Below, piece after piece: positions 25,448 to 35,035 of a stretch of 43,057 bases of DNA (position 1 is its first letter; each line of letters starts with the position of its first letter). The position numbers and the translations under genes were made by a program. The notes beneath the pieces are model-generated. The model searched no databases. It saw only the letters and a list, made by a program, of their open reading frames with translations, and was not told the origin of the DNA. This DNA comes from Patescibacteria group bacterium (GTDB lineage: Bacteria; Patescibacteriota; Microgenomatia; Levybacterales; UBA12049), in contig DATKGO010000070.1 in the NCBI GenBank assembly GCA_035510695.1, forward strand, positions 1 to 43,057. Direction: 5' to 3'.

Positions 25448-28400
25448 CTAACTACTGGCTACTTCACTTACCGGCTCTTGACTAACTACTGGTGCGGCTT
25501 CAGTGATACGTCCATCTTCGTAGATTCCACCATCAACCGGAATGAGTCTTCCAATAATAACATTTTCCTTCAAACCGATCAGATGGTCTTCACGACCCTC
25601 TAAGGCTGCTTCAGTCAATACTTTTGTTGTTTCCTGGAAGGAAGCAGCTGACAGCCATGACTCAGAGAATAACGCAGCTTTTGTGATCCCCAAAACAATT
25701 TGTCTGCCTGAAACAGGATTACCGCCTTCAGACAAAATTTCTCCGTTAATTTCTTCAAAACGGGCTTTAGAGACAAAATCACCCGGAATAAAGGCCGAAT
25801 CTCCAACCGAATCAATCATCACTTTATCGGACATTTTGCGCAAAATAACTTCAAAATGCTTGTCATTAATCATGATTCCTTGTGATTCATATACTTTCTG
25901 CGCTTCGGTTTCAATATATTTTTGAGCTGACGACAATCCACCGATTTTCAATATTTCTTTCGGATCAAGATATCCTTCTGCTAAAGGCGTACCAGCATTC
26001 ACATCATCACCATCGGCTACACTCAGGGTTGCAGACAATGAAACGAAATATTCCTGAACCTCAATGGGTTTAATCTTGGAATTTTTAATTTGTACTAAAT
26101 ATCCTTCGTCTGTTTTATCAATCTTTACCCGTCCGCTGATTTCGGTTACCGGTGCCAAATTCTTGGGCGTACGCATTTCAAACAACTCTTCAACTCTCGG
26201 AAGTCCCTGCGTCACGTCGGCAACCGCAATTCCTCCGAAATGCTTAACACGCATAGTTAACTGAGTACCCGGTTCGCCAATACTTTGAGCTGCTACGACA
26301 CCAACCGGAACGCCCATTTCCACGTTTCTTTTGGTTGAAAAATCCCAACCATAACACTTTATACAAATTCCATAAGGTAATTTACAAGTTAACGGTGAAC
26401 GCACAACTACTTCCGTAACTCCACTATCCACTAACTCTTTTACTGCTTCTTCATCCAATTCAGTTCCGGCTTTAAAAATAATTTTTCTGGTCTTAGTCAT
26501 TGCATCACTCGCAAGGAATCTACCTAATATTCTATCCGCAAAAACACTAGATCGGTCTTTTTCTCCGGTTACTACAGTAATACCTTCCGTTGTTTCGCAA
26601 TCGTTCTTCATAATGATAACGTCATGTGAAACATCAACCAAACGACGAGTCAAATATCCCGCGTTAGCTGTTTTCAAAGCGCCGTCGGTCAAACCTTTAC
26701 GCGAACCTCTGGTGGAAGCGACATATTCAAAAACTGACAAACCTTCACGGAAATTAGATTTAATCGGCAACTCAACGATTTTACCCATAGGATCAAGAAT
26801 CAGTCCGCGGATAGCCGACAACTGTTTTAACTGTTCAATTCCGGCCCTGGTACCCCCAGAGGCTATCATAGTTCTGATAACGTTATTTGGATGCAAATTT
26901 TTCCAAGTAAGATCGGCTAATTTGTCGGTGATGTCAATCCAAACATTATTTGACAAGCGTTTCTTCTCATCCAAAGTAATTAAACCTTTCTGATATTCAC
27001 TGTCAATCTGACTAATTTTCTTTTCGGTTTCACCCAGCATCTGACCTTTTTCTTTAATCATTTCACTGTCAAAAATAGACAATGAAACGCCTGAAATAGT
27101 GGAACCATAAAAACCAAAACTTTTAATGTGATCAATTAAATTCGCGACTTCATCGGCAGAATGTGTTTTCATGGCAGATGTAATAATCTTCTTAATCGCA
27201 CCCGCATTGACCACCTGGTTCATGTAGCGCATTTCTTCCGGCAAAACTTCGTTCAAAAGTATACGTCCAATGGTAGTTTCAACTAATTTGCCATCCATAC
27301 GTACTTTAATCGGTTGGCGGAGTCTGATTTTATCCAAATCACGGGACATTAAAGCACTATGCGTATTTTCAAATACTTCCATCTCTTCCTCACTTTTTCG
27401 CAGAGATTCATCCATTTCAGTCAAGAAGTAGACGCCAAAAGCCATTTCTTTATTCGGTAATGTAATCGGACTGCCATCCGCCGGCTTCAACAAATTATGG
27501 CTTGGCAACATCAGTCGAATAGCTTCATCCTGCGCTTTTTGTGACAACGGAATATGCACTGCCATCTGGTCACCGTCAAAATCAGCGTTATAGCCTGAAC
27601 AGACGCAAGGATGTAAGCCAATTGCCGATCCTTCAATTAATACCGGGAAGAAGGCCTGCATACCTAATTTATGCAAGGTTGGAGCGCGGTTGAGTATAAC
27701 CGGATGATTCTTGGTAATTTCTTCTAAAATATCGAAAACTTCCGGCGGTCGTTTTTCAATGTAGCGCTTGGCTGATTTAATATTGGTAGCCAATCCCCGC
27801 ATAATAACTTCCCGCAGAACAAAAGGCTTAAACATTTCCAAAGCCATTTCTTTAGGAAGTCCGCATTGAGTCAATTTCAATTCCGGAGAGACCACGATAA
27901 CTGAACGTCCGGAATAATCCACACGTTTCCCCAATAAATTTTGGCGGAAACGACCCTGTTTGCCTCGTAACATATCGGATAAAGAACGAAGCGGCGCTGC
28001 GACAGTTTGACTTGAGCGCTGTGAAGCGTCAATTAACGCATCAACCGATTCCTGCAGCATTCTTTTTTCATTACGTAAAATAATCTCGGGCGCGCCCAAA
28101 GCAATTAAATGCTTCAAACGGTTATTGCGGTTAATTACTCTGCGGTATAAGTCATTCAAATCGCTGGTCGCGAATCTACCACCGGCAAGCTGAACCATAG
28201 GACGAAGATCAGGCGGTATAATCGGCAAAACAGTCAGAATCATACTGGCGGGCTGAACACCGGCTTTACGCATTGCTTCGATTAAACGAAGTCTTTTAAT
28301 CACTTTCAGATATCTCTGGCCTGAAGATTTTTCCGTTTCGGCTCGCAATTGGGCAATTAATAAAGATAAATCAAGCGAATTTACTAATTCCAATAATGCT

Positions 28401-29269
28401 TCCGAGCCGGTCTTTATAGTGAAGAAAATCGGTATTTCATATTCAAGCAATTTAAAGTATTCATCTTCCGATAAAACACTGGCAACTTTGAGATTCTTTA
28501 ATAATTTAAGTAATGTATCGGCGATTTCATCAAGTTTTTTTGATTCAGATTCAAAAGTTTCATTCAATTTCACCACTTTATGACGCTGACTTAGCTCTAA
28601 TTCCTGCGCGATCAGCTTCTTCTGTTCACTCTTAACATGAATTTCTTTGGTATCTTCTTTCTTTTCTTTCAAATCCGATTTCAGCTTTAGCTCTTCTTCT
28701 TCAACATGGGATTTCAAGACTTTTCGTCGTTCCTCAATTGTTGCGGTTAAAGCTTCAATGGCTTGTTTTTTCTTTTCTTCATCAATTCCGGTAACTAAAT
28801 AAGATGCATAATAAATGACGGATTCAAGACTTTTCTGAGGAATATCCAAAATTGTCGCCAAAGGCGAAGATGAACCTTTAAAGAACCAAACATGAGCACA
28901 GGATGTGGAAAGTGTAATATGACCAAGTCTCTCACGTCGTACACGCGACAAGGTAACCTCAACTCCGCATTTATCGCAGATTATGCCTCGATAACGAATC
29001 CTTTTATACTTACCGCAATAACATTCCCAGTCCTTGGTGGGTCCGAAAATTCTTTCATCAAATAAACCGTCTTTTTCCGGTCTAAGTGTTCTGTAATTAA
29101 TAGTTTCCGGCTTGGTTACTTCACCATACGACCAGTTTAAAATATCACTTTTACTGGCAATCATAATTTTAAGTGATTTAAAATCCAAAATTGTCGGGTC
29201 TTTCATGGTTTTTTTTGTTCCATTTCCAAATATATTATTATTGTTGTTATTATTGTTATTGTTATTCAT
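25448..29269 (-). CDS. rpoC: DNA-directed RNA polymerase subunit beta-prime. The start is ambiguous: ATG 29269 gives a poly-Asn N-terminus, and the alternative is ATG 29206.
   Basis: Zn-finger [23 protein letters not shown], catalytic [12 protein letters not shown], and bridge-helix and trigger-loop regions. Length is 1273 aa. Confidence 0.97.
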   Translation of the reverse strand: MNNNNNNNNNNNIFGNGTKKTMKDPTILDFKSLKIMIASKSDILNWSYGEVTKPETINYRTLRPEKDGLFDERIFGPTKDWECYCGKYKRIRYRGIICDKCGVEVTLSRVRRERLGHITLSTSCAHVWFFKGSSSPLATILDIPQKSLESVIYYASYLVTGIDEEKKKQAIEALTATIEERRKVLKSHVEEEELKLKSDLKEKKEDTKEIHVKSEQKKLIAQELELSQRHKVVKLNETFESESKKLDEIADTLLKLLKNLKVASVLSEDEYFKLLEYEIPIFFTIKTGSEALLELVNSLDLSLLIAQLRAETEKSSGQRYLKVIKRLRLIEAMRKAGVQPASMILTVLPIIPPDLRPMVQLAGGRFATSDLNDLYRRVINRNNRLKHLIALGAPEIILRNEKRMLQESVDALIDASQRSSQTVAAPLRSLSDMLRGKQGRFRQNLLGKRVDYSGRSVIVVSPELKLTQCGLPKEMALEMFKPFVLREVIMRGLATNIKSAKRYIEKRPPEVFDILEEITKNHPVILNRAPTLHKLGMQAFFPVLIEGSAIGLHPCVCSGYNADFDGDQMAVHIPLSQKAQDEAIRLMLPSHNLLKPADGSPITLPNKEMAFGVYFLTEMDESLRKSEEEMEVFENTHSALMSRDLDKIRLRQPIKVRMDGKLVETTIGRILLNEVLPEEMRYMNQVVNAGAIKKIITSAMKTHSADEVANLIDHIKSFGFYGSTISGVSLSIFDSEMIKEKGQMLGETEKKISQIDSEYQKGLITLDEKKRLSNNVWIDITDKLADLTWKNLHPNNVIRTMIASGGTRAGIEQLKQLSAIRGLILDPMGKIVELPIKSNFREGLSVFEYVASTRGSRKGLTDGALKTANAGYLTRRLVDVSHDVIIMKNDCETTEGITVVTGEKDRSSVFADRILGRFLASDAMTKTRKIIFKAGTELDEEAVKELVDSGVTEVVVRSPLTCKLPYGICIKCYGWDFSTKRNVEMGVPVGVVAAQSIGEPGTQLTMRVKHFGGIAVADVTQGLPRVEELFEMRTPKNLAPVTEISGRVKIDKTDEGYLVQIKNSKIKPIEVQEYFVSLSATLSVADGDDVNAGTPLAEGYLDPKEILKIGGLSSAQKYIETEAQKVYESQGIMINDKHFEVILRKMSDKVMIDSVGDSAFIPGDFVSKARFEEINGEILSEGGNPVSGRQIVLGITKAALFSESWLSAASFQETTKVLTEAALEGREDHLIGLKENVIIGRLIPVDGGIYEDGRITEAAPVVSQEPVSEVASS

Positions 29270-29270
29270 A

Positions 29271-32200
29271 TTAATTATTTACTCCTTCCATTTCCATAGG
29301 ATTTGATTCTTTAGTTTCAGCAACTTCCGTTTCTTGCTTATTTGAATCATCAATTACTTCATTAGCCTCGAGACCTTGTTCCAATTGAGCGACCTCTCCT
29401 TTAATTTTTTCAGATTCAACTTCGTCTTTAACTTCAGCTCGCTCATTATACAAGGTTGCGCCAATCGGAACAACGTTCAATCCGAGTGACTGCAGTTCTT
29501 TTATCAAAACTTTAAATGATTCAGGAACTTTCGGAGTTGGAATATCGACACCTTTAACGATTGCTTCAAAGGCTTTAGCACGGCCAACTACATCATCAGC
29601 TTTAATTGTCAACATTTCCTGTAAAATATGCCGTGCCCTATGTGCTTCAAGTGCCCAAACTTCCATTTCTCCCAATCTCTGTCCTCCCATTTGCGCTTTT
29701 CCGCCCAACGGCTGCTGAGTAACCAAAGAATATGGACCGGTTGAACGCGCATGGGTTTTATCTTCAACCATGTGAATTAATTTCATAACGTATTCAATTC
29801 CAACCACAATCGGATTTTCAAATGACATACCTGTTCGTCCATCATAAAGTTTCATTTTTCCACTGACCGGAAGTCCTGCCTGTTGTAACAATTCAATGAT
29901 ATTATCTTCAGAAATTTTTTCAAAAACCGGCAAACCGACTTTCATGTTTAATTTTCTGGCAGCCAAACCAAGGTGCGCCTCTAAAACCTGTCCCAAATTC
30001 ATACGTGCCAAAATACTCATTGGAGAAATAATAATGTCAATCGGAGTACCATCTTCAAGATGCGGCATATCGGCTACAGGTAAAATTCTGGAAATAATAC
30101 CTTTATTTCCGTGTCGTCCGGCTAATTTGTCACCAACCACCACATGTCTATACTGCGCAACTTCAACGATTATTTTTCTTAATGCTCCCGGTTCCAACTC
30201 GTCTCCACTCTTGCGATCCAAAACTTGCACACTGATAACTGTTCCACGTTCACCATGCGGCATACGCAGTGACGTATCACGGACTTCCCGAGCTTGCTCA
30301 CCAAAAATGGCTCGCAGCAATCTTTCTTCGGCTGTCAATTCCGTTTCGCCTTTAGGAGCAATTTTACCAACCAAAATATCACCCGGCTGAACTTCACTGC
30401 CGACTACAACAATTCCTTCCTCATCCAAATTACGTAAATCTTCTTCGGCTACGTTGGGGATATCAGGCGTAATTTCTTCAGGGCCAAGTTTAGTTTCAAC
30501 CAATGTAGCTTCATATTTCTCAATATGAATTGACGAGAGGACATCGTCTTTTACCAAACGATCCGAAATAACCAAAGCGTCTTCATAACCCAAACCGTCA
30601 AGCGAAGTATAGGCAATTAACAAATTCTGACCCAAAGCCAATTCGCCATTTTCCGAAGCCGGACCGTCAATAATAACATCGCCCTTCTTAATTTTCTGAT
30701 CCATGTTTACCATGGCTCTTTGAGTGTAAGATGTAGCTTGGGACGTTCGCTGGAATGATTCAATAGGGAAACTCTTTTTCTCATTTTTAGAATTTTCCAA
30801 AGTTACTTTATTCGCGTCAACGTATGTTACTGTCCCGTCAAACGGAGAGCGCACTACCCGTCCCATTACTTCTGAAATAACCGCTTCCATGCCTGTACCA
30901 ACTACAGGACTCTCAGGCTTAACTAAAGGAACTGCCTGACATTGCATGTGAGTTCCCATTAAAGCTCTAATACCGTCGTCATGTGCAAGATAAGGAATAA
31001 GTGAGGCGCTGGCTCCGACAACTTGACGCGGGCTTACATCAATATAATTGATCAAAGTATTCTCAACTTCTAAAAATTCACCGTTGTAGCGAGCCGGGAC
31101 ACGTTCCTCAACTATGGTTCCATCCGCTGCAACAGTAATACCAGCATGGGTAACATAATTTTTTTGTTCATCATCAGCCGCCAGATAAACGATTTCGTCA
31201 GTCACACGAGAAACTGTCTTATTTCCTTTTTTCTCTTGTACAACTTTTTTATAGGGAGTTTCTAAAAAGCCAAAATCATTAACACGGGAATACAAAGCCA
31301 TATAAGTAACTAAACCGATATTCGGTCCTTCAGGACTACGGATAGGACAAATCCTGCCGTACTGAGAAGAATTAATATCACGAATTGAGAAAGCTGCGCG
31401 TTCACGAGAGATACCGCCGGTTCCCATGACGGTTAAACGATTTAAATTATCAATTTCTGAAAGCGGATTGGTTTGGTCAAGGATAGTGGAAAGTTGAGAG
31501 GTTCTAAAAAACTCATTAATTGAGGCCATAATCGGACGGGCATTAATCAAATTAACGACTGAAACCTGATCTTCGGTTTGCAAAAGGCTCATTCTTTCTT
31601 TAACGCTTCGCTCAACACGGAGCACGCCGACGCGGAAAGCATTGGCAGCCACTAATTCTCCGACACTTCTAACTCTGCGGTTAGCCAAACTGTCGATATC
31701 GTCTAAAAGTCCTTTGCCTTGAGTTAACAAGATTAAATAGGAAATAGTTCCAATTATATCTTCAGGCGTCAAAACTTGTACCTCTGCTGGTGTAAAACCC
31801 GGTACATCGGCTAACTTTTTATTTACTTTGTAACGTCCGACATTGCCCAAGTCATATCGCCGATTATTAAAGAAAAGGTTGATAAATGATTCACGGACTT
31901 TATCCAAAACTGCAGGCTCACCGGGATGCATTTTACGGAAAATTTCCAAAAGCGCTTCTGTTTCACTGCTTGTTTCGTCCTTGGTCAAGGTATTTTCAAT
32001 GTAGGAATCTTTTCCTTCTGTTTCTAAACCGGCAAATTTCTCTTTAATAGTATCATTCCCTGAGATTCCGATTGCACGTAGGAAGGTTGTAACTAAAAAT
32101 TTACGTCGGCGGTCAATTTTTACGGTAATTGTACCGTAACGTGTAGTTGAAAACTCCAACCATGATCCGTGTACAGGACGAATTTCGGCAGTATATAGTG

Positions 32201-32675
32201 TCTTTCCGGTTGCGGGATCTTGAGAAGCTGTAAAGAAAACGCCGGACGAACGGACTAGCTGATTAACCACTGCACGTTCAATTCCGTTAACTATAAATGT
32301 TCCTCGATCGGTCATTTGCGGAATATCACCTAAGAAAACTTCTGCTTCCTGAATTTTCTCGGTTTTTAAATTCTTCAAAGCCACATGAACATAAAGAGGA
32401 GCGTCATAGGTTAATCCTTTAGACAAGGCAACAGCCGGATCATTGGTGGTAGAACCGATACGATAATTATGGAAAGAAAGAGACCAATTTTTACCGGTGA
32501 AGTCTTCAATCGGGGAAATTTCCTGTAGAGTCTGGCCAATCGAAACATCATGAAACCAACGATATGATTTTCTTTGTGTAGCCAGCAAATCAAGCTGCGG
32601 CAAAACATCATAGGTTTTACCCCAAATCTGGCGAACAATATTATTATGATTAGCGTTTCGTGAATTCTTAGGCAT
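29271..32675 (-). CDS. rpoB: DNA-directed RNA polymerase subunit beta
   Basis: Conserved beta blocks: [78 protein letters not shown]. Confidence 0.97.
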   Translation of the reverse strand: MPKNSRNANHNNIVRQIWGKTYDVLPQLDLLATQRKSYRWFHDVSIGQTLQEISPIEDFTGKNWSLSFHNYRIGSTTNDPAVALSKGLTYDAPLYVHVALKNLKTEKIQEAEVFLGDIPQMTDRGTFIVNGIERAVVNQLVRSSGVFFTASQDPATGKTLYTAEIRPVHGSWLEFSTTRYGTITVKIDRRRKFLVTTFLRAIGISGNDTIKEKFAGLETEGKDSYIENTLTKDETSSETEALLEIFRKMHPGEPAVLDKVRESFINLFFNNRRYDLGNVGRYKVNKKLADVPGFTPAEVQVLTPEDIIGTISYLILLTQGKGLLDDIDSLANRRVRSVGELVAANAFRVGVLRVERSVKERMSLLQTEDQVSVVNLINARPIMASINEFFRTSQLSTILDQTNPLSEIDNLNRLTVMGTGGISRERAAFSIRDINSSQYGRICPIRSPEGPNIGLVTYMALYSRVNDFGFLETPYKKVVQEKKGNKTVSRVTDEIVYLAADDEQKNYVTHAGITVAADGTIVEERVPARYNGEFLEVENTLINYIDVSPRQVVGASASLIPYLAHDDGIRALMGTHMQCQAVPLVKPESPVVGTGMEAVISEVMGRVVRSPFDGTVTYVDANKVTLENSKNEKKSFPIESFQRTSQATSYTQRAMVNMDQKIKKGDVIIDGPASENGELALGQNLLIAYTSLDGLGYEDALVISDRLVKDDVLSSIHIEKYEATLVETKLGPEEITPDIPNVAEEDLRNLDEEGIVVVGSEVQPGDILVGKIAPKGETELTAEERLLRAIFGEQAREVRDTSLRMPHGERGTVISVQVLDRKSGDELEPGALRKIIVEVAQYRHVVVGDKLAGRHGNKGIISRILPVADMPHLEDGTPIDIIISPMSILARMNLGQVLEAHLGLAARKLNMKVGLPVFEKISEDNIIELLQQAGLPVSGKMKLYDGRTGMSFENPIVVGIEYVMKLIHMVEDKTHARSTGPYSLVTQQPLGGKAQMGGQRLGEMEVWALEAHRARHILQEMLTIKADDVVGRAKAFEAIVKGVDIPTPKVPESFKVLIKELQSLGLNVVPIGATLYNERAEVKDEVESEKIKGEVAQLEQGLEANEVIDDSNKQETEVAETKESNPMEMEGVNN

Positions 32676-32708
32676 TGGCGAACTAGCAGGATTTATCTTG
32701 ATCTACGC

Positions 32709-32737
32709 AAAAAAGACACAGGAAGCTCGCCTGTATC
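32709..32737 (-). terminator. Terminator-like hairpin inside the rpoB 5' leader (candidate attenuator)
   Basis: On the minus strand, GAUACAGG-cgagcuu-CCUGUGUC (8 bp including one G-U pair) is followed by U6. It ends 34 nt upstream of the rpoB ATG and lies downstream of the predicted promoter. Confidence 0.55.
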
Positions 32738-32764
32738 TCACATTTACGATAGTAAAGTAATTAA

Positions 32765-32794
32765 TGTATATCATACTTTCCGAGGCCATGTCAA
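32765..32794 (-). promoter_or_regulatory. rpoB promoter: TTGACA-18 nt-TGaTATACA, with a duplicated -35 (TTGACACTTGACAT)
   Basis: On the minus strand, TTGACA is at 32794-32789, with a second copy at 32801-32796. TATACA is at 32770-32765, preceded by TGa. Confidence 0.55.
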
Positions 32795-32810
32795 GTGTCA
32801 AAATGCTAAA

Positions 32811-33107
32811 TTATGCTTCTCGTCTAAGAGGTTCTGTCTCAGTTAACAAAGACGAATCTCCAATATAGCCACAAGGATCTTGAACAAAAACTTCATGCAA
32901 GATAGATAACGGACTTGGTACATAATTAGGTAATCTCAATTTATCCATAATTGTTCTCTGTTGCATTCTCATTAACAATAAATCTGAATAGGGAAGATGC
33001 TCTGATTTCATTGGAGCGCCTACATCAAATAATGTCCCTGTCTCATGAGATTCCCCGTCCACTTCTACAGAGAAGGATAAAACTTGTACACTTGCTCTTC
33101 TTTCCAT
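32811..33107 (-). CDS. Hypothetical 98-aa protein upstream of rpoB (weak PilZ-like resemblance only)
   Basis: ATG-initiated ORF with coding-like composition. N-terminal ERRASVQV and a later LFDVGAPM loosely recall the PilZ motifs RRxxxR and DxSxxG, but both are degenerate. Confidence 0.45.
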   Translation of the reverse strand: MERRASVQVLSFSVEVDGESHETGTLFDVGAPMKSEHLPYSDLLLMRMQQRTIMDKLRLPNYVPSPLSILHEVFVQDPCGYIGDSSLLTETEPLRREA

Positions 33108-33169
33108 AGTATAGATCTACAATAACAAACCCATTACTAAAAGCAAGAGGCAAAATCACGATTCAGTCG

Positions 33170-33178
33170 TGTTATAAT
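33170..33178 (+). promoter_or_regulatory. Extended -10 TGtTATAAT, 6 nt upstream of the alaS ATG
   Basis: cgTGTTATAATattctcATG, read directly. Confidence 0.6.
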
Positions 33179-33184
33179 ATTCTC

Positions 33185-35035
33185 ATGCTGACAGCTTCTG
33201 AGATTATCGAGAAATATATTTCCTTTTTTGAAAAACGTGGACATAAACGAATTGCCAATTCACCCTTAGTTCCGCAAAACGACCCAACTACTCTTTTTAC
33301 CAGTTCCGGCATGCAGCCGCTTATACCTTATCTCATGGGACAAGAGCATCCGCAAGGAGTAAGGCTCGTTGACGTACAAAATGCCTTTCGAGCCGTAGAT
33401 ATAGAAGAAGTTGGAGACAATCGTCATACCACATTCTTCAGAATGTTGGGCAACTGGAGCTTGGGAGATTACTTCAAAAAGGAAGAGATACCTTGGCTTT
33501 ATGAATTTTTAATTGATAAACAAATAGGCTTAGGAATAGATCAGGAGAAATTACACTTCACAGTATTTAAAGGTTATGAAGACATCCCTAAAGATACTGA
33601 GTCTTATCAAATCTGGGAAGAAATTTTACAAAAAGCTAATATTAAAGATTATCAATCACATTTACATTGGTATGGAGCCGAAAAAAATTGGTGGTCACGT
33701 TCTGGAACTCCAGATAAAATGCCTGTGGGCGAAATTGGAGGACCTGACACTGAAATTTTTTATGACTTTAGCGACGAAAATATTCATAAAGCTAGTCAAT
33801 GGAAAGACCAACCGTGTCACGTAAATTGCGATTGCGGCAGATATTGGGAAATTGCCAATAGTGTTTTCATGCAATACAAAAAAAATGAAAAAGGTGAATT
33901 TGAAAAATTACCAAAACAAAATGTCGATTTCGGCGGCGGACTAGAAAGACTACTGGGAGCTGCACAAAATAAACCGGACATTTTCCAAACTTCACTCTTC
34001 AAACCAACTATAGAATGTATTGAAAAACAAACCGATGCTATATATTCAACTAATAAACCTGCTATGCAGATAATTGCTGATCATCTAGGTGCCGCAATTT
34101 TCATCGCCAATGCCGGAATTCTACCTTCCAAAACCGACCAGGGATATATTTTAAGAAGACTTATCAGACGAGCGTTAGACAACTTCTATCAATTAAAAGG
34201 CAAACGGATTGATCCGATTCTTGAAGCAATTGTAAACCAATACAAAATAACCGATCCGCAGCTTGAAACAAATTTTGAAAGGATTAAATATATAATTTTG
34301 GAAGAAGAACAAAAATATGGCACAACCCGCAGACAAGCGGAATTTTATATTGAAAAGAAATATAAAGCCAGTCCGCACGTTCCGGGTTATTTGAAAGAGA
34401 TTTCTGCCGAAGACGCGTTCATTCTTTACACAACACATGGATTATCGCCTACACAAATTAAAAGCTTAGGCTATATATTTAATGACCAAGAATTCGCCCA
34501 AAAGATGGAAGAACATCAAAATTTATCAAGAAAAGGTGCCGAGCATAAATTTAAAGGCGGGCTGGCAGACCATGCAGAAAGAACTATCATGGGACACACA
34601 GCGACACATCTTATGCATCAAGCCTTGCGAGATGTGCTAGGTGACAAGGTTCATCAGACCGGCTCAAATATCACCACAGAACGTATCAGATTCGACTTCA
34701 ATTATGATAAAAAGCTTACCGATGAAGAAATCGAAAAGGTTGAAAAAATTGTTAATGAAAAAATTAAAGAAAATTTACCTGTACATTTTGAAATTATGAC
34801 CATAGATGAGGCAAAAAAACTTGGGGCAATTGGTTTATTCATGGATACCTATGGAGATAAGGTAAAAATATACTTCATCGGTGATCCTTCGACGAGCTCA
34901 GGACAAGCTTATTCCATTGAATTCTGCGGCGGACCGCACGTCGATTTTACAGGACAGCTAAAATCGTTTAAGATAATAAAGCAAGAGAACCTTGGGTCTA
35001 ACCAAAAACGACTTTATGCAAAAGTTGATTTATGA
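33185..35035 (+). CDS. alaS: Alanyl-tRNA synthetase, compact form (616 aa) with an editing domain but no C-Ala domain
   Basis: N-terminus EIIEKYISFFEKRGHKRIANSPLVPQNDPTTLFTSSGMQP. Editing motifs HTATHLMH and CGGPHV. The protein ends about 30 aa after CGGPHV. Confidence 0.9.
   Translation: MLTASEIIEKYISFFEKRGHKRIANSPLVPQNDPTTLFTSSGMQPLIPYLMGQEHPQGVRLVDVQNAFRAVDIEEVGDNRHTTFFRMLGNWSLGDYFKKEEIPWLYEFLIDKQIGLGIDQEKLHFTVFKGYEDIPKDTESYQIWEEILQKANIKDYQSHLHWYGAEKNWWSRSGTPDKMPVGEIGGPDTEIFYDFSDENIHKASQWKDQPCHVNCDCGRYWEIANSVFMQYKKNEKGEFEKLPKQNVDFGGGLERLLGAAQNKPDIFQTSLFKPTIECIEKQTDAIYSTNKPAMQIIADHLGAAIFIANAGILPSKTDQGYILRRLIRRALDNFYQLKGKRIDPILEAIVNQYKITDPQLETNFERIKYIILEEEQKYGTTRRQAEFYIEKKYKASPHVPGYLKEISAEDAFILYTTHGLSPTQIKSLGYIFNDQEFAQKMEEHQNLSRKGAEHKFKGGLADHAERTIMGHTATHLMHQALRDVLGDKVHQTGSNITTERIRFDFNYDKKLTDEEIEKVEKIVNEKIKENLPVHFEIMTIDEAKKLGAIGLFMDTYGDKVKIYFIGDPSTSSGQAYSIEFCGGPHVDFTGQLKSFKIIKQENLGSNQKRLYAKVDL

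Noticed and set aside
25542-30390. Plus- and minus-strand minor ORFs inside rpoC and rpoB (for example 25542-25925, 26613-26993, 29896-30390)
   Set aside because: They overlap the conserved RNAP subunit frames and have no independent support.
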